A DNA stretch of 23,690 bases from Armatimonadia bacterium (lineage in GTDB: Bacteria; Armatimonadota; Zipacnadia; Zipacnadales; UBA11051), in contig JBDKRC010000157.1 in assembly GCA_039683575.1 (NCBI GenBank), positions 1 through 23,690 on the forward strand, in the 5' to 3' direction. The stretch's first letter is position 1. Each line of letters opens with the position of its first letter. The notes under the pieces are model-generated. The model worked only from the letters and a program-made list of their open reading frames with translations, was not told the origin of the DNA and made no database searches. The position numbers and the translations under genes were made by a program. Below, piece after piece: positions 16,204 through 23,636 of the stretch.

Positions 16204-18081
16204 CTACTTCGTCTTCAGGAACCCGCCTCCGGCGCCCATGCCGGGCGGTCCACCCTTCGGCATGCCACTACTCGCCGCTCCCTCGGGCGCGCCAAGCTGT
16301 GGCATGATCACCTTGTCGCCTTCATTGAGGCCGGAGAGGATCTCGGTCGTGTCGTCGCCCTGCAGCCCCACTTCCACCAGCACGGTCCGCGGCTGTGGAT
16401 CACCGGGAATGGTCACCGTGGCCTTGCCCTGCCGCTGCCGGATTGCGCGGCTCGGTAGAGTGAGGACGTTCTTCTTCTCTCCGGCGAGGAAGGTGCAAGT
16501 CGCGCTCAGTCCCGGCAACAGGCGTTTGTCATGGTCCAGCACCTCGATCTCAACCTTCACCGTCGTCACACTCGAGGTTGTGGTCGCTTGCGGCTCAACC
16601 CGCGTCACTCTCCCCTGGAGCACTTTGTTCTCCACCGAGTCCACCTCAATCTCCACCTGCTGCCCCGCATGGATATCCGCCAGGTCCGTCTCATCCACAT
16701 CAACATCCACATACATCGTGCTCAGGTCCCCCAATTCCACAATCGAGGTCCCCGTCGCAATCCCCGACCGTCCGGAGTTCACGATCGTGCCCTCTTCCAC
16801 GTCCTTGGCGAGAATGACGCCATCGCGCGGCGCCGTGATTGTCGTATAGCTCAAAGTGGTCCGCGTCTGCTGGACTTCAGCCGCTGCCTTCGTCACCTGC
16901 GCCTGCTGGTTGGCAACATCCGCCGCCTTGACCTGATTCTGCACCGCATTGGCCTTCGCATTTCGCAGCGCCCCGAGCGCCTGGCTCACTTTTGACCGCG
17001 CGGACGCCAGTTCCTGTGCCTGGTCCTGATCGATCGTGTTCCAGCGCTTCTGCGCGGCTACCAGATCAGCCTGTGCCTCCTGCAGCTTCGCCTCTGTGGA
17101 CCGTCTTTCTGCCCCCTGGTCCTCATCAAGCGCGTCCCATTTTCGCTGTGCCGCCACCAGCGCCGCCTGAGACTGTTCCACCTGCGCCTCGGCCACGCGC
17201 AACTCCCCCGCCTGATCCGCTCCAACCGTCTTCACCAGTTCCTGCGCCTGCTCATAGGCTGCCTGCGCGTTCTCATACTTGTTCTGCGCCGTATCCAGGC
17301 TGCTCTGTGACAGATACCCCTCTGCGTTCAGCTTCTTCGCCCGGGCCAGTTCCTTCTGCGACACCGACACATCACTCTTCGCCTTATCCAGAGCCGCCCG
17401 CGCCTCCGCCAGGCCCTGTGGCTGCTGCGCCTGCTTCAGTCGCTTCACACTCTCCTGTGCCGACCGCAATGCTGCCTGCGCCTGGTCCAACGATGACCGC
17501 GCTGCCGTCTTCGACACCGGCTGCGTCGAACCCGTCAGCCGCTGCAGGTCCTCCTGCGCTGCCCGCACCGCGGCCCGCGACCTGTCCAGCGTGGACTGGG
17601 CATCCGCCCGGTCCCGGGGCTGCGTCGCCTTCTGCAGGCGCTTCAAATCGCTTGCTGCAGCGTCATAGCTTGCCTGCGCCTGCGCGATGGACGCCCGCGT
17701 CAACTCCGGCTGCGCATACGCCTGTGCCCGCGCCTGGTTGAGCTGAGCCTGGGTGCCCTGCATCCCCGCCAAAGCCTGCGTGTACGCACTCTGGGTGTCT
17801 GTAGGGTCGATCTTCGCGATCAGATCCCCGCGCTTGACCCGGTCGCCCACCTCCACCGCCAAAAGCACGACCTTGCCACCGGCGTCCGACTTGACTTCCA
17901 CCGTCGTCAGCGCCTTAAGCGTCCCATCGGCCGTCACGGTCCGGCGGACGTCCCCGCGCTCAACGCTCACAACCTCCGGCCCCGTCGCGGCCGCCGGCTT
18001 GGCCGAGCGATGTCGCACCACCAGCACCACGCCCACCACCAGCACGACGATAATCCCTGCGATCAGCAGAATGCGCTTCAT
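16204..18081 (-). CDS. MacA/HlyD-family periplasmic adaptor with an extended alpha-helical hairpin
   Basis: N-terminal TM anchor; lipoyl halves (VEVGDRVKRGDLIAKID and ITAPRDGVI); hairpin tip RAKKLNAEGYLS; beta-barrel and membrane-proximal domains; 625 aa. Confidence 0.92.
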   Translation of the reverse strand: MKRILLIAGIIVVLVVGVVLVVRHRSAKPAAATGPEVVSVERGDVRRTVTADGTLKALTTVEVKSDAGGKVVLLAVEVGDRVKRGDLIAKIDPTDTQSAYTQALAGMQGTQAQLNQARAQAYAQPELTRASIAQAQASYDAAASDLKRLQKATQPRDRADAQSTLDRSRAAVRAAQEDLQRLTGSTQPVSKTAARSSLDQAQAALRSAQESVKRLKQAQQPQGLAEARAALDKAKSDVSVSQKELARAKKLNAEGYLSQSSLDTAQNKYENAQAAYEQAQELVKTVGADQAGELRVAEAQVEQSQAALVAAQRKWDALDEDQGAERRSTEAKLQEAQADLVAAQKRWNTIDQDQAQELASARSKVSQALGALRNAKANAVQNQVKAADVANQQAQVTKAAAEVQQTRTTLSYTTITAPRDGVILAKDVEEGTIVNSGRSGIATGTSIVELGDLSTMYVDVDVDETDLADIHAGQQVEIEVDSVENKVLQGRVTRVEPQATTTSSVTTVKVEIEVLDHDKRLLPGLSATCTFLAGEKKNVLTLPSRAIRQRQGKATVTIPGDPQPRTVLVEVGLQGDDTTEILSGLNEGDKVIMPQLGAPEGAASSGMPKGGPPGMGAGGGFLKTK

Positions 18082-18129
18082 GTTGTCCTCACCATCTGTT
18101 ACTCGTCGTCAGCTTCGGCTCCCTGGCCC

Positions 18130-18600
18130 TCACTTCGCCTTGGCAGTCTGCTTCAGCTTCTCGGCATACTGCTTCGCCGCCTCACGCAGAATCCCCAGGC
18201 TCTCGTGTACCTTCGTCAGTTCATTGTCATTCAGCCCCGACAGCATGTCCTCAACCTGCCCCCTCAGATGCGCCATGTGCATCTCGTGATTCTTCCTCCC
18301 CTTCGCCGTCTCGCTAACCCGCACCACCCGTCGGTCCTTCGGGTCAGCCGCCCGCCGCACTAGCCCGTGCGAGACGAGCCCGTCCACCAGCACCGTCACC
18401 GTGCTCGGATGCAGCCCCAGCTCTTCGGCCACTTGTGACATTGTCGGCTTCCCCAGGTGCGCGATGGTGCCCAGACAATGTATCTGCCCCATCGTAATAT
18501 TCATCTCACTGCTCGGCGGGGTGGGCGGGCGCAGAAACCGCCCGAAGATATCCCGCATCAGCTCGCCGATCTCGCCTGTCCTGTCATCGTGAACACTCAT
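18130..18600 (-). CDS. MarR-family transcriptional regulator
   Basis: ITMGQIHCL, winged HTH TMSQVAEELGLHPSTVTVLVDGLVSHGLVRR, and DPKDRR...TAKG; first gene of the efflux operon; RBS GAGG. Confidence 0.92.
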   Translation of the reverse strand: MSVHDDRTGEIGELMRDIFGRFLRPPTPPSSEMNITMGQIHCLGTIAHLGKPTMSQVAEELGLHPSTVTVLVDGLVSHGLVRRAADPKDRRVVRVSETAKGRKNHEMHMAHLRGQVEDMLSGLNDNELTKVHESLGILREAAKQYAEKLKQTAKAK

Positions 18601-18627
18601 GGATACCGCCTCGTAATACTTGTACCC

Positions 18628-18676
18628 AATAGTTTAGAGTATAAACTATTTTAGGGAACAATTAGTTCCGCGTCAA
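18628..18676 (-). promoter_or_regulatory. Sigma70 promoter of the marR-efflux operon overlapped by a palindromic operator
   Basis: Minus strand TTGACG (18676-18671) - 17 nt - TAAAAT (18653-18648). Inverted repeat AATAGTTTA-gagta-TAAACTATT at 18628-18650 overlaps the -10 and start site. Confidence 0.8.
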
Positions 18677-18761
18677 GGTCAAACCGCTCGTTCGCGCCAC
18701 CACAGACGCAATCAGTCTTTCGACGCGACCGCCGTAAACTCATTCTCTCAAGGAGAGGAAC

Positions 18762-19193
18762 ATGAAGATCGGATCCGTCGTCTCCGCAGGAATGGTAGTT
18801 GCCGCCTCGCTAGTCGTAGCAGCCTTTGCCTTCGCCCAGGGAGGGGGCTTCGGTGGCCCGCCCCCTGCAGGACGTGGTGGCGGCCGGCAGGGAGGCCCCG
18901 GCGACATGGGGGCCATGACCTATCTGGAGAAGTCCTGGACTGCAGTCTCTTTCCAACTCGATTGCACTCCCGAGCAACAGGAGGCCCTCAAGCCCGTCTA
19001 TGCCGCTGAACTGCAGACTCGGAACCAGGCCGTCGAGAAAGCCATGGGCAGCCGCGACCTCACCGCCATGCAAAAGGCCCTCGAGACCTGCAAGACCAAC
19101 CTCAACACCAAACTCAAAGAAGCTCTCACCGATGACCAGTGGCAGAAGCTGCCCAGGCTCCTGCAGCAGGGCGCCCCACCACCGCCCGAATAA
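18762..19193 (+). CDS. Small secreted/periplasmic helical protein (loosely Spy/CpxP-like)
   Basis: RBS AAGGAGAGG; signal peptide ending AFAFA; Gly/Pro-rich segment; LDCTPEQQEAL and EALTDDQWQKL resemble LTxxQ motifs. Confidence 0.7.
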   Translation: MKIGSVVSAGMVVAASLVVAAFAFAQGGGFGGPPPAGRGGGRQGGPGDMGAMTYLEKSWTAVSFQLDCTPEQQEALKPVYAAELQTRNQAVEKAMGSRDLTAMQKALETCKTNLNTKLKEALTDDQWQKLPRLLQQGAPPPPE

Positions 19194-19205
19194 CCAGACC
19201 TAACA

Positions 19206-19246
19206 AAATCGCCCGGCCGCATGAATCGGCCGGGCGATTTCCTTTT
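19206..19246 (+). terminator. Intrinsic bidirectional terminator
   Basis: AAATCGCCCGGCCG-catgaat-CGGCCGGGCGATTT followed by CCTTTT; lies between convergent genes. Confidence 0.85.
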
Positions 19247-19304
19247 CCGTCAGCAAAAGAACGCCACCCTCAAGAGCTGCTATGCTTCGCACTGCTGACA
19301 GGCC

Positions 19305-19664
19305 TCACGCCGAGATCGGCCGCAAGCAGGCGTGCGGCGTGGCCCGCCGCGGGGCCCGCCTCCCACACGGCCATGAGCACAGCCGCTCGGTGCACGCCAG
19401 GGCATCCGCGATCTCCGCCTCAGTGGCCCCGTAGCACCTGGCCGCCTCGGTGTGATAGAAGACACAGTACTGGCAATTGTTGGCCGCCGCCAGCGCCAGG
19501 CAGATCAGTTGCTTCTGCTTCCTGCCAATGGCTGTATCCTCGACCTCCACCCGCTTGTACAACTCCCACTCCTCGTCCAAAGAAGAATCCGGCAGTCTCC
19601 GAAAGTACGCCGGCACAGACCCGAAGATGCTCTCGATGTCCCTGAAGATCTCTTCCCTTGTCAT
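19305..19664 (-). CDS. Carboxymuconolactone decarboxylase/AhpD-family protein (CxxC type); C-terminus possibly frameshifted
   Basis: FGSVP, KQKQLICLALAAANNCQYCVFYHTEAARCYGATEAEI. Start at ATG 19664 or GTG 19676. Confidence 0.82.
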   Translation of the reverse strand: MTREEIFRDIESIFGSVPAYFRRLPDSSLDEEWELYKRVEVEDTAIGRKQKQLICLALAAANNCQYCVFYHTEAARCYGATEAEIADALACTERLCSWPCGRRAPRRATPHACLRPISA

Positions 19665-19887
19665 GTCAGACCACACTCGCCTCCCGCAGGAACCTGCTAA
19701 CTCGCTGCTGACAAGGACGCCTGAGCCGGGATGTTGTTCAACAAGTCATACAAGAACTGCCAGCATCTGACAGATCCGTCTCCAACACGACCCGAACGGG
19801 AATATTGGCCTCCAAATGGAGACGGGAGGGGCGGGCCTTCTGGCCTCGACACCCTCCCGTCCTCTCCCAGGCTGTCAGTTGATCTGC

Positions 19888-20052
19888 CTAGCTGCCTGAT
19901 GGCAAGCTGCTTGTCGCAGTCGCGACCGTGTTGGAGGTCCTGCTTCCCAGGGTCGTCCACGCGCCGATGGCCGCGATCGCGACCAGAGCCAGCAGCAGGG
20001 CGTACTCCACAGTCGTCAGGCCTTCCTCGTCCTTCCACAGTGACTTGAGCAT
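19888..20052 (-). CDS. flp: Flp/Fap family type IVb (Tad) prepilin, 54 aa
   Basis: Below the ORF-track cutoff. Manual translation: MLKSLWKDEEG/LTTVEYALLLALVAIAAIGAWTTLGSRTSNTVATATSSLPSGS*. It has the G|xxxxEY Flp motif and a hydrophobic helix; RBS GGGAGG. Confidence 0.93.
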   Translation of the reverse strand: MLKSLWKDEEGLTTVEYALLLALVAIAAIGAWTTLGSRTSNTVATATSSLPSGS

Positions 20053-20348
20053 CTCGCACCTCCCACATTCTCACACGCTGTAGCAGCGTGTCCCTGGCAG
20101 GCCCGAACTATACCATCTTCAGGTCTGCTTTGCCCATTCGGACGCATCCCCTCGGCAGCTTGTTCATCAAGATCTTCTATTTCCCTTATTTTCTCCCACT
20201 TTTTTTTTGAGCCCCTCAGGCCCCGGTAGTGTCTTCCTACGCCTTCGGCAAGTTTGCTCCTCAGCCACATAGAACCTCTCCGTAGTCAAATAACCCTCTG
20301 AGGCGCTTCTCGACAGACAGCCCGTGGTAGGGGTGGCGCTAACCCAAA

Positions 20349-20397
20349 CCAGTAGGGCGGGCGGCTCGCCCGCCTGGGGTGCCGCCCGCCCTGCTGG
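20349..20397. repeat. REPIN-like inverted pair of GTAGGGCGGGC REPs
   Basis: CCAGTAGGGCGGGCGGC (20349-20365) and GCCGCCCGCCCTGCTGG (20381-20397), 16/17 complementary. Confidence 0.7.
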
Positions 20398-20506
20398 TGA
20401 AATTGGGACCTGAGTTAGCGTACAGCAGGCGGCCTCCCGGGCTACCTCGCGACCTGCTCGACCCGCCCGTCACCATCGGTGTCCGTGCCGAGGACCCCGG
20501 TGCGCC

Positions 20507-20704
20507 ATCTCCCGCAAACGTTGACGGCGAGCGGTATGGTGAATTACCATACGTCGCAGGTCTCAGTGGGAGAACCTGCCACCGGCGAACGCCCACCTCG
20601 CTCGGGTCGTCAACGAACCGACAGGCTGCCGGACCGATATCACCTATCCCATACGGTCCCGGAAGGGACGTGGGAACGCCGAACCGGCGCGGGTTACCGC
20701 TCAT
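20507..20704 (-). pseudogene. malQ: 4-alpha-glucanotransferase (amylomaltase, GH77) N-terminal remnant
   Basis: Strong RBS AGGAGG. PTSLPGPYGIGDIGPAACRFVD...WQVLPLRPATYGNSPYRSPSTFAG matches the MalQ N-terminus, but the preceding LLH is missing and similarity stops after about 66 aa. Confidence 0.85.
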
Positions 20705-20823
20705 ACCTTTCCTCCTGGCCAGCAGGGGGGCCCGCCCTACTAGTGAAACTGAGCCCCAAATCAGCGCGTATGGGGCTTGTACCCAGCCGTTATCACCAAT
20801 CGACTGACGCTACGTGCCGCTAC

Positions 20824-23550
20824 ATGCAACGCTTCCCCTCCTTACAACTCGGGCGCGTCTCCTCTCAGGTCCTCGGTTTCCTGGCCCTTTTCGTCGTCCT
20901 GTACCTCATCAGCATTAGCAACTACCTCCTCTACCATAGCCTCGCCGAAGTCTTCAGCATCGTCATCGGCTTCGCCATCTTCGTCTTCGCCTGGACGGCT
21001 CGCCGCCACCTTGGCCGCGGCTTTCTAGTCTTCATCGGCACCTCATACCTCTTCGTCGCCGGCTTGGACCTGCTCCATACCTTCGCCTACAAGGGTATGG
21101 ATATCTTCGGCCACGCCTCTGTGGACATCCCCACCCAGCTCTGGATCGCCGCGCGCTTAGTACAAGCGTTCTCGCTGCTGCTTGGCATGCTACTCATCGG
21201 CAAGTCCCTTCGGCCCCGCGCCGGCCTCGCGATCCAGGGCGTCATCTCGGCGGGTCTGCTCCTCGCCATCTTCTACTGGCACACCTTCCCTGTCTGCTAC
21301 GTCGAGGGCCTCGGCCTCACCCCCTTCAAGGTCGTAGCCGAATATGTCGTCTGCGTCGCTCTGCTCGCCGCCCTCTTCTTGCTGGTTCGCAGACGGCACT
21401 TCCTTGATCACACCTCCTTCGCCTACCTCACCGCCGCTCTCATCGTCACCGTCATCGCCGAACTCTCCTTCACTCTCTATGTGGACGTCTACGGTTTCTT
21501 CAACTTCCTCGGCCACTTCTTCAAGATACTGTCCTTCTATCTCCTGTACCGCGCCATCATCGAGGTCGGCCTGGTCCGGCCCTTTAGCCTCCTCTTCCGC
21601 GAGCTACAGCACGAGCGCAGCCACCTGGAGAGCCGGGTCGCTGAGCGAACCGCGGCACTGACGCTCAGCAACCAGCGCCTCCAGACGGAGATCGAGAAGC
21701 ACGATGCCGCCACCCGCGCTCTGGCTCATCGCGAGGCACGCTTCCGCAATCTGGTCGAGAACGCTAACAATGTCATTCTCCAGTTCGATCTCCAGGGCAA
21801 GGTCGTCTTCTTCAACCACTACGCCCAGAAGCTCTTTGGCTACAGCGAAGAGGAGCTGCTGGGTAAGCACATTAACACCATTGTTCCTCCCGAGGACCGC
21901 CGCGGCGTGTCTCTCAGGGACCTCATCGCCTCCATTATCGCCAGTCCGGAGCGCTACGCCGTTAACGAAAACGAAAACCTCACCCGCGACGGACGTCACC
22001 TCTGGATTTCCTGGTCAAACCAGGGCGTCTACGATGAAGACGGTAACATGATCGGCGTAATGTCCATCGGCACCGACCGCACCGCCGAGCGGGACTCCCA
22101 ACGCGCCCTGGCTGCCAGCGAGGAGCGCTTCCGCACCTTCATGGAAAACTCCCCCGCCTCCGCCTTCATCAAAGATGGCGGAGGCGCCGTCGTCTATTCC
22201 AACCTCGCGGGCGCCGCCCAGTTCGACATGACCGTTGAAGACATCCTGGGCAAGACTGACCACGACCTCTGGCCGCCGGAGGTCGCCGAACGCATGATCG
22301 CCGATGACAACCACGTTCGCGACACCGGCGAGCCGCTGCAGCAGACCGAACAGATCGAGGTCAAGGGCCACCTTCGCACCTACCTCTTCTCCCGCTTCCG
22401 CATCCCTTCGGCCACCGGCCGTCCTCAGATCGGCATCCTGACTCGCGACGTCACCGAACTCCTCGAAGCCCAGCAGGCCCGCGAGCAGTCCGAGCAACGG
22501 TACCGGGAGCTGATCGAGAACGCTGGCACCATCGTCCTGCTCTGGGACCGCAGCGGCACTATCCAGTACCTCAATCTCTACGCCCTGCAACTCTTCGGCT
22601 ACGAGGAGCATGAGATCGTCGGCCGGAATGTCACGATGCTGGTGCCGGCCACAGAGGCCTCTGGCCGTTCGCTGGAGGGTCTGGCCCAAGCTATCGCCAA
22701 CGATCCCGAACGTTACGCCAGTGTCGAAAACGAGAACGTCACCAAGGATGGCCGTCGCCTCTGGATCGCCTGGTCCAACCGCGCCCTCCATGATGCTGAC
22801 GGCAACTTCAACGTCATCATGGCCATCGGCATTGACCGCTCCCGCCAGCGCCAGGTCGAGGAGGCCCTCCTCGACAACCAGCAGCGCCTCCGCCGCCTCG
22901 CCTCCGAGCTATCACTCGCCGAGGAACGCGAGCGCCGCCGTCTCGCCACTGAGATCCACGACAACCTCAGCCAGACCCTCGCCTTCGCCAGAATGCAGGT
23001 CTCCGCGCTGCTCAATTCCGGCTGCGCCGAGGACTTCACCAAGCCCCTCGCCAACCTCCAGGAGCTACTGGAGGCCGCCGTTGCCGACACCCGCTCGATT
23101 ACCTTCCAGCTAAGCCCCCCGGTCCTGTACCAGGTCGGCCTCGAAGCCGCTGTCGAGTGGTTAGGCGAGCAGACGGAGCAGCGCCACAACATCAAGTTCC
23201 ACTATGAGCGCGACAAGGCCGAGAAGCCCCTCACCGACGACGTCCGCACGGTACTCTTCCAGGCCATGCGCGAACTCTTCGCGAACATGATAAAGCACTC
23301 GCAGGCCGCCAACGTGACGGTCCGCATGCAAGCGCCGGACGATTATCTGCAGGTAGTGGTGGAAGACGACGGGGTAGGCTTCGATCCGGAGCAGGTGCAG
23401 TGGACCGCCGAGCGCACCTCGGGCTACGGCCTATTCAACATCAAGGAGCGCCTCGAATACATAGGCGGCTCCCTCCAAATCACCTCCGCCCCCGGCCGGG
23501 GCGCCAAATTCCAGCTAACAGTCCCCCTCGCCCCCCCACAAAAGGACTGA
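20824..23550 (+). CDS. MASE3-domain membrane sensor histidine kinase with three PAS domains (HisKA_3/HATPase_c, NarX/UhpB type)
   Basis: NYLLYHSLAEVFSIVI and LDLLHTFAYKGM (MASE3); three PAS/PAC domains; H-box ERRRLATEIHDNLSQ; ELFANMIKHS, EDDGVGFD and GYGLFNIKER. Start set at ATG 20824 because the upstream extension crosses the malQ remnant. Confidence 0.9.
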   Translation: MQRFPSLQLGRVSSQVLGFLALFVVLYLISISNYLLYHSLAEVFSIVIGFAIFVFAWTARRHLGRGFLVFIGTSYLFVAGLDLLHTFAYKGMDIFGHASVDIPTQLWIAARLVQAFSLLLGMLLIGKSLRPRAGLAIQGVISAGLLLAIFYWHTFPVCYVEGLGLTPFKVVAEYVVCVALLAALFLLVRRRHFLDHTSFAYLTAALIVTVIAELSFTLYVDVYGFFNFLGHFFKILSFYLLYRAIIEVGLVRPFSLLFRELQHERSHLESRVAERTAALTLSNQRLQTEIEKHDAATRALAHREARFRNLVENANNVILQFDLQGKVVFFNHYAQKLFGYSEEELLGKHINTIVPPEDRRGVSLRDLIASIIASPERYAVNENENLTRDGRHLWISWSNQGVYDEDGNMIGVMSIGTDRTAERDSQRALAASEERFRTFMENSPASAFIKDGGGAVVYSNLAGAAQFDMTVEDILGKTDHDLWPPEVAERMIADDNHVRDTGEPLQQTEQIEVKGHLRTYLFSRFRIPSATGRPQIGILTRDVTELLEAQQAREQSEQRYRELIENAGTIVLLWDRSGTIQYLNLYALQLFGYEEHEIVGRNVTMLVPATEASGRSLEGLAQAIANDPERYASVENENVTKDGRRLWIAWSNRALHDADGNFNVIMAIGIDRSRQRQVEEALLDNQQRLRRLASELSLAEERERRRLATEIHDNLSQTLAFARMQVSALLNSGCAEDFTKPLANLQELLEAAVADTRSITFQLSPPVLYQVGLEAAVEWLGEQTEQRHNIKFHYERDKAEKPLTDDVRTVLFQAMRELFANMIKHSQAANVTVRMQAPDDYLQVVVEDDGVGFDPEQVQWTAERTSGYGLFNIKERLEYIGGSLQITSAPGRGAKFQLTVPLAPPQKD

Positions 23551-23586
23551 TCCGCCACCACCCACCAGCCGCAGCCCTCCGCCGTT

Positions 23587-23636
23587 CGCCGTTCGGAGGG
23601 GCCGAGCTTCAGCCGGCCCAGCCGTTATCCCCGACC
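23587..23636 (+). repeat. Third copy of the GGAG-tagged REP-like unit
   Basis: CGCCGTTCGGAGGGGCCGAGCTTCAGCCGGCCCAGCCGTTATCCCCGACC matches 6091-6140 with 4 mismatches. Confidence 0.85.

Noticed and set aside
19697..20074. 125-aa minus ORF and 105-aa plus ORF over the flp region
   Set aside because: They are alternative frames over the true 54-aa Flp gene, which has the RBS and the family motif.
20479..20823. 115-aa N-terminal extension of the kinase ORF
   Set aside because: It overlaps the antisense malQ remnant and REP-derived repeats; MASE3 similarity begins only after ATG 20824.
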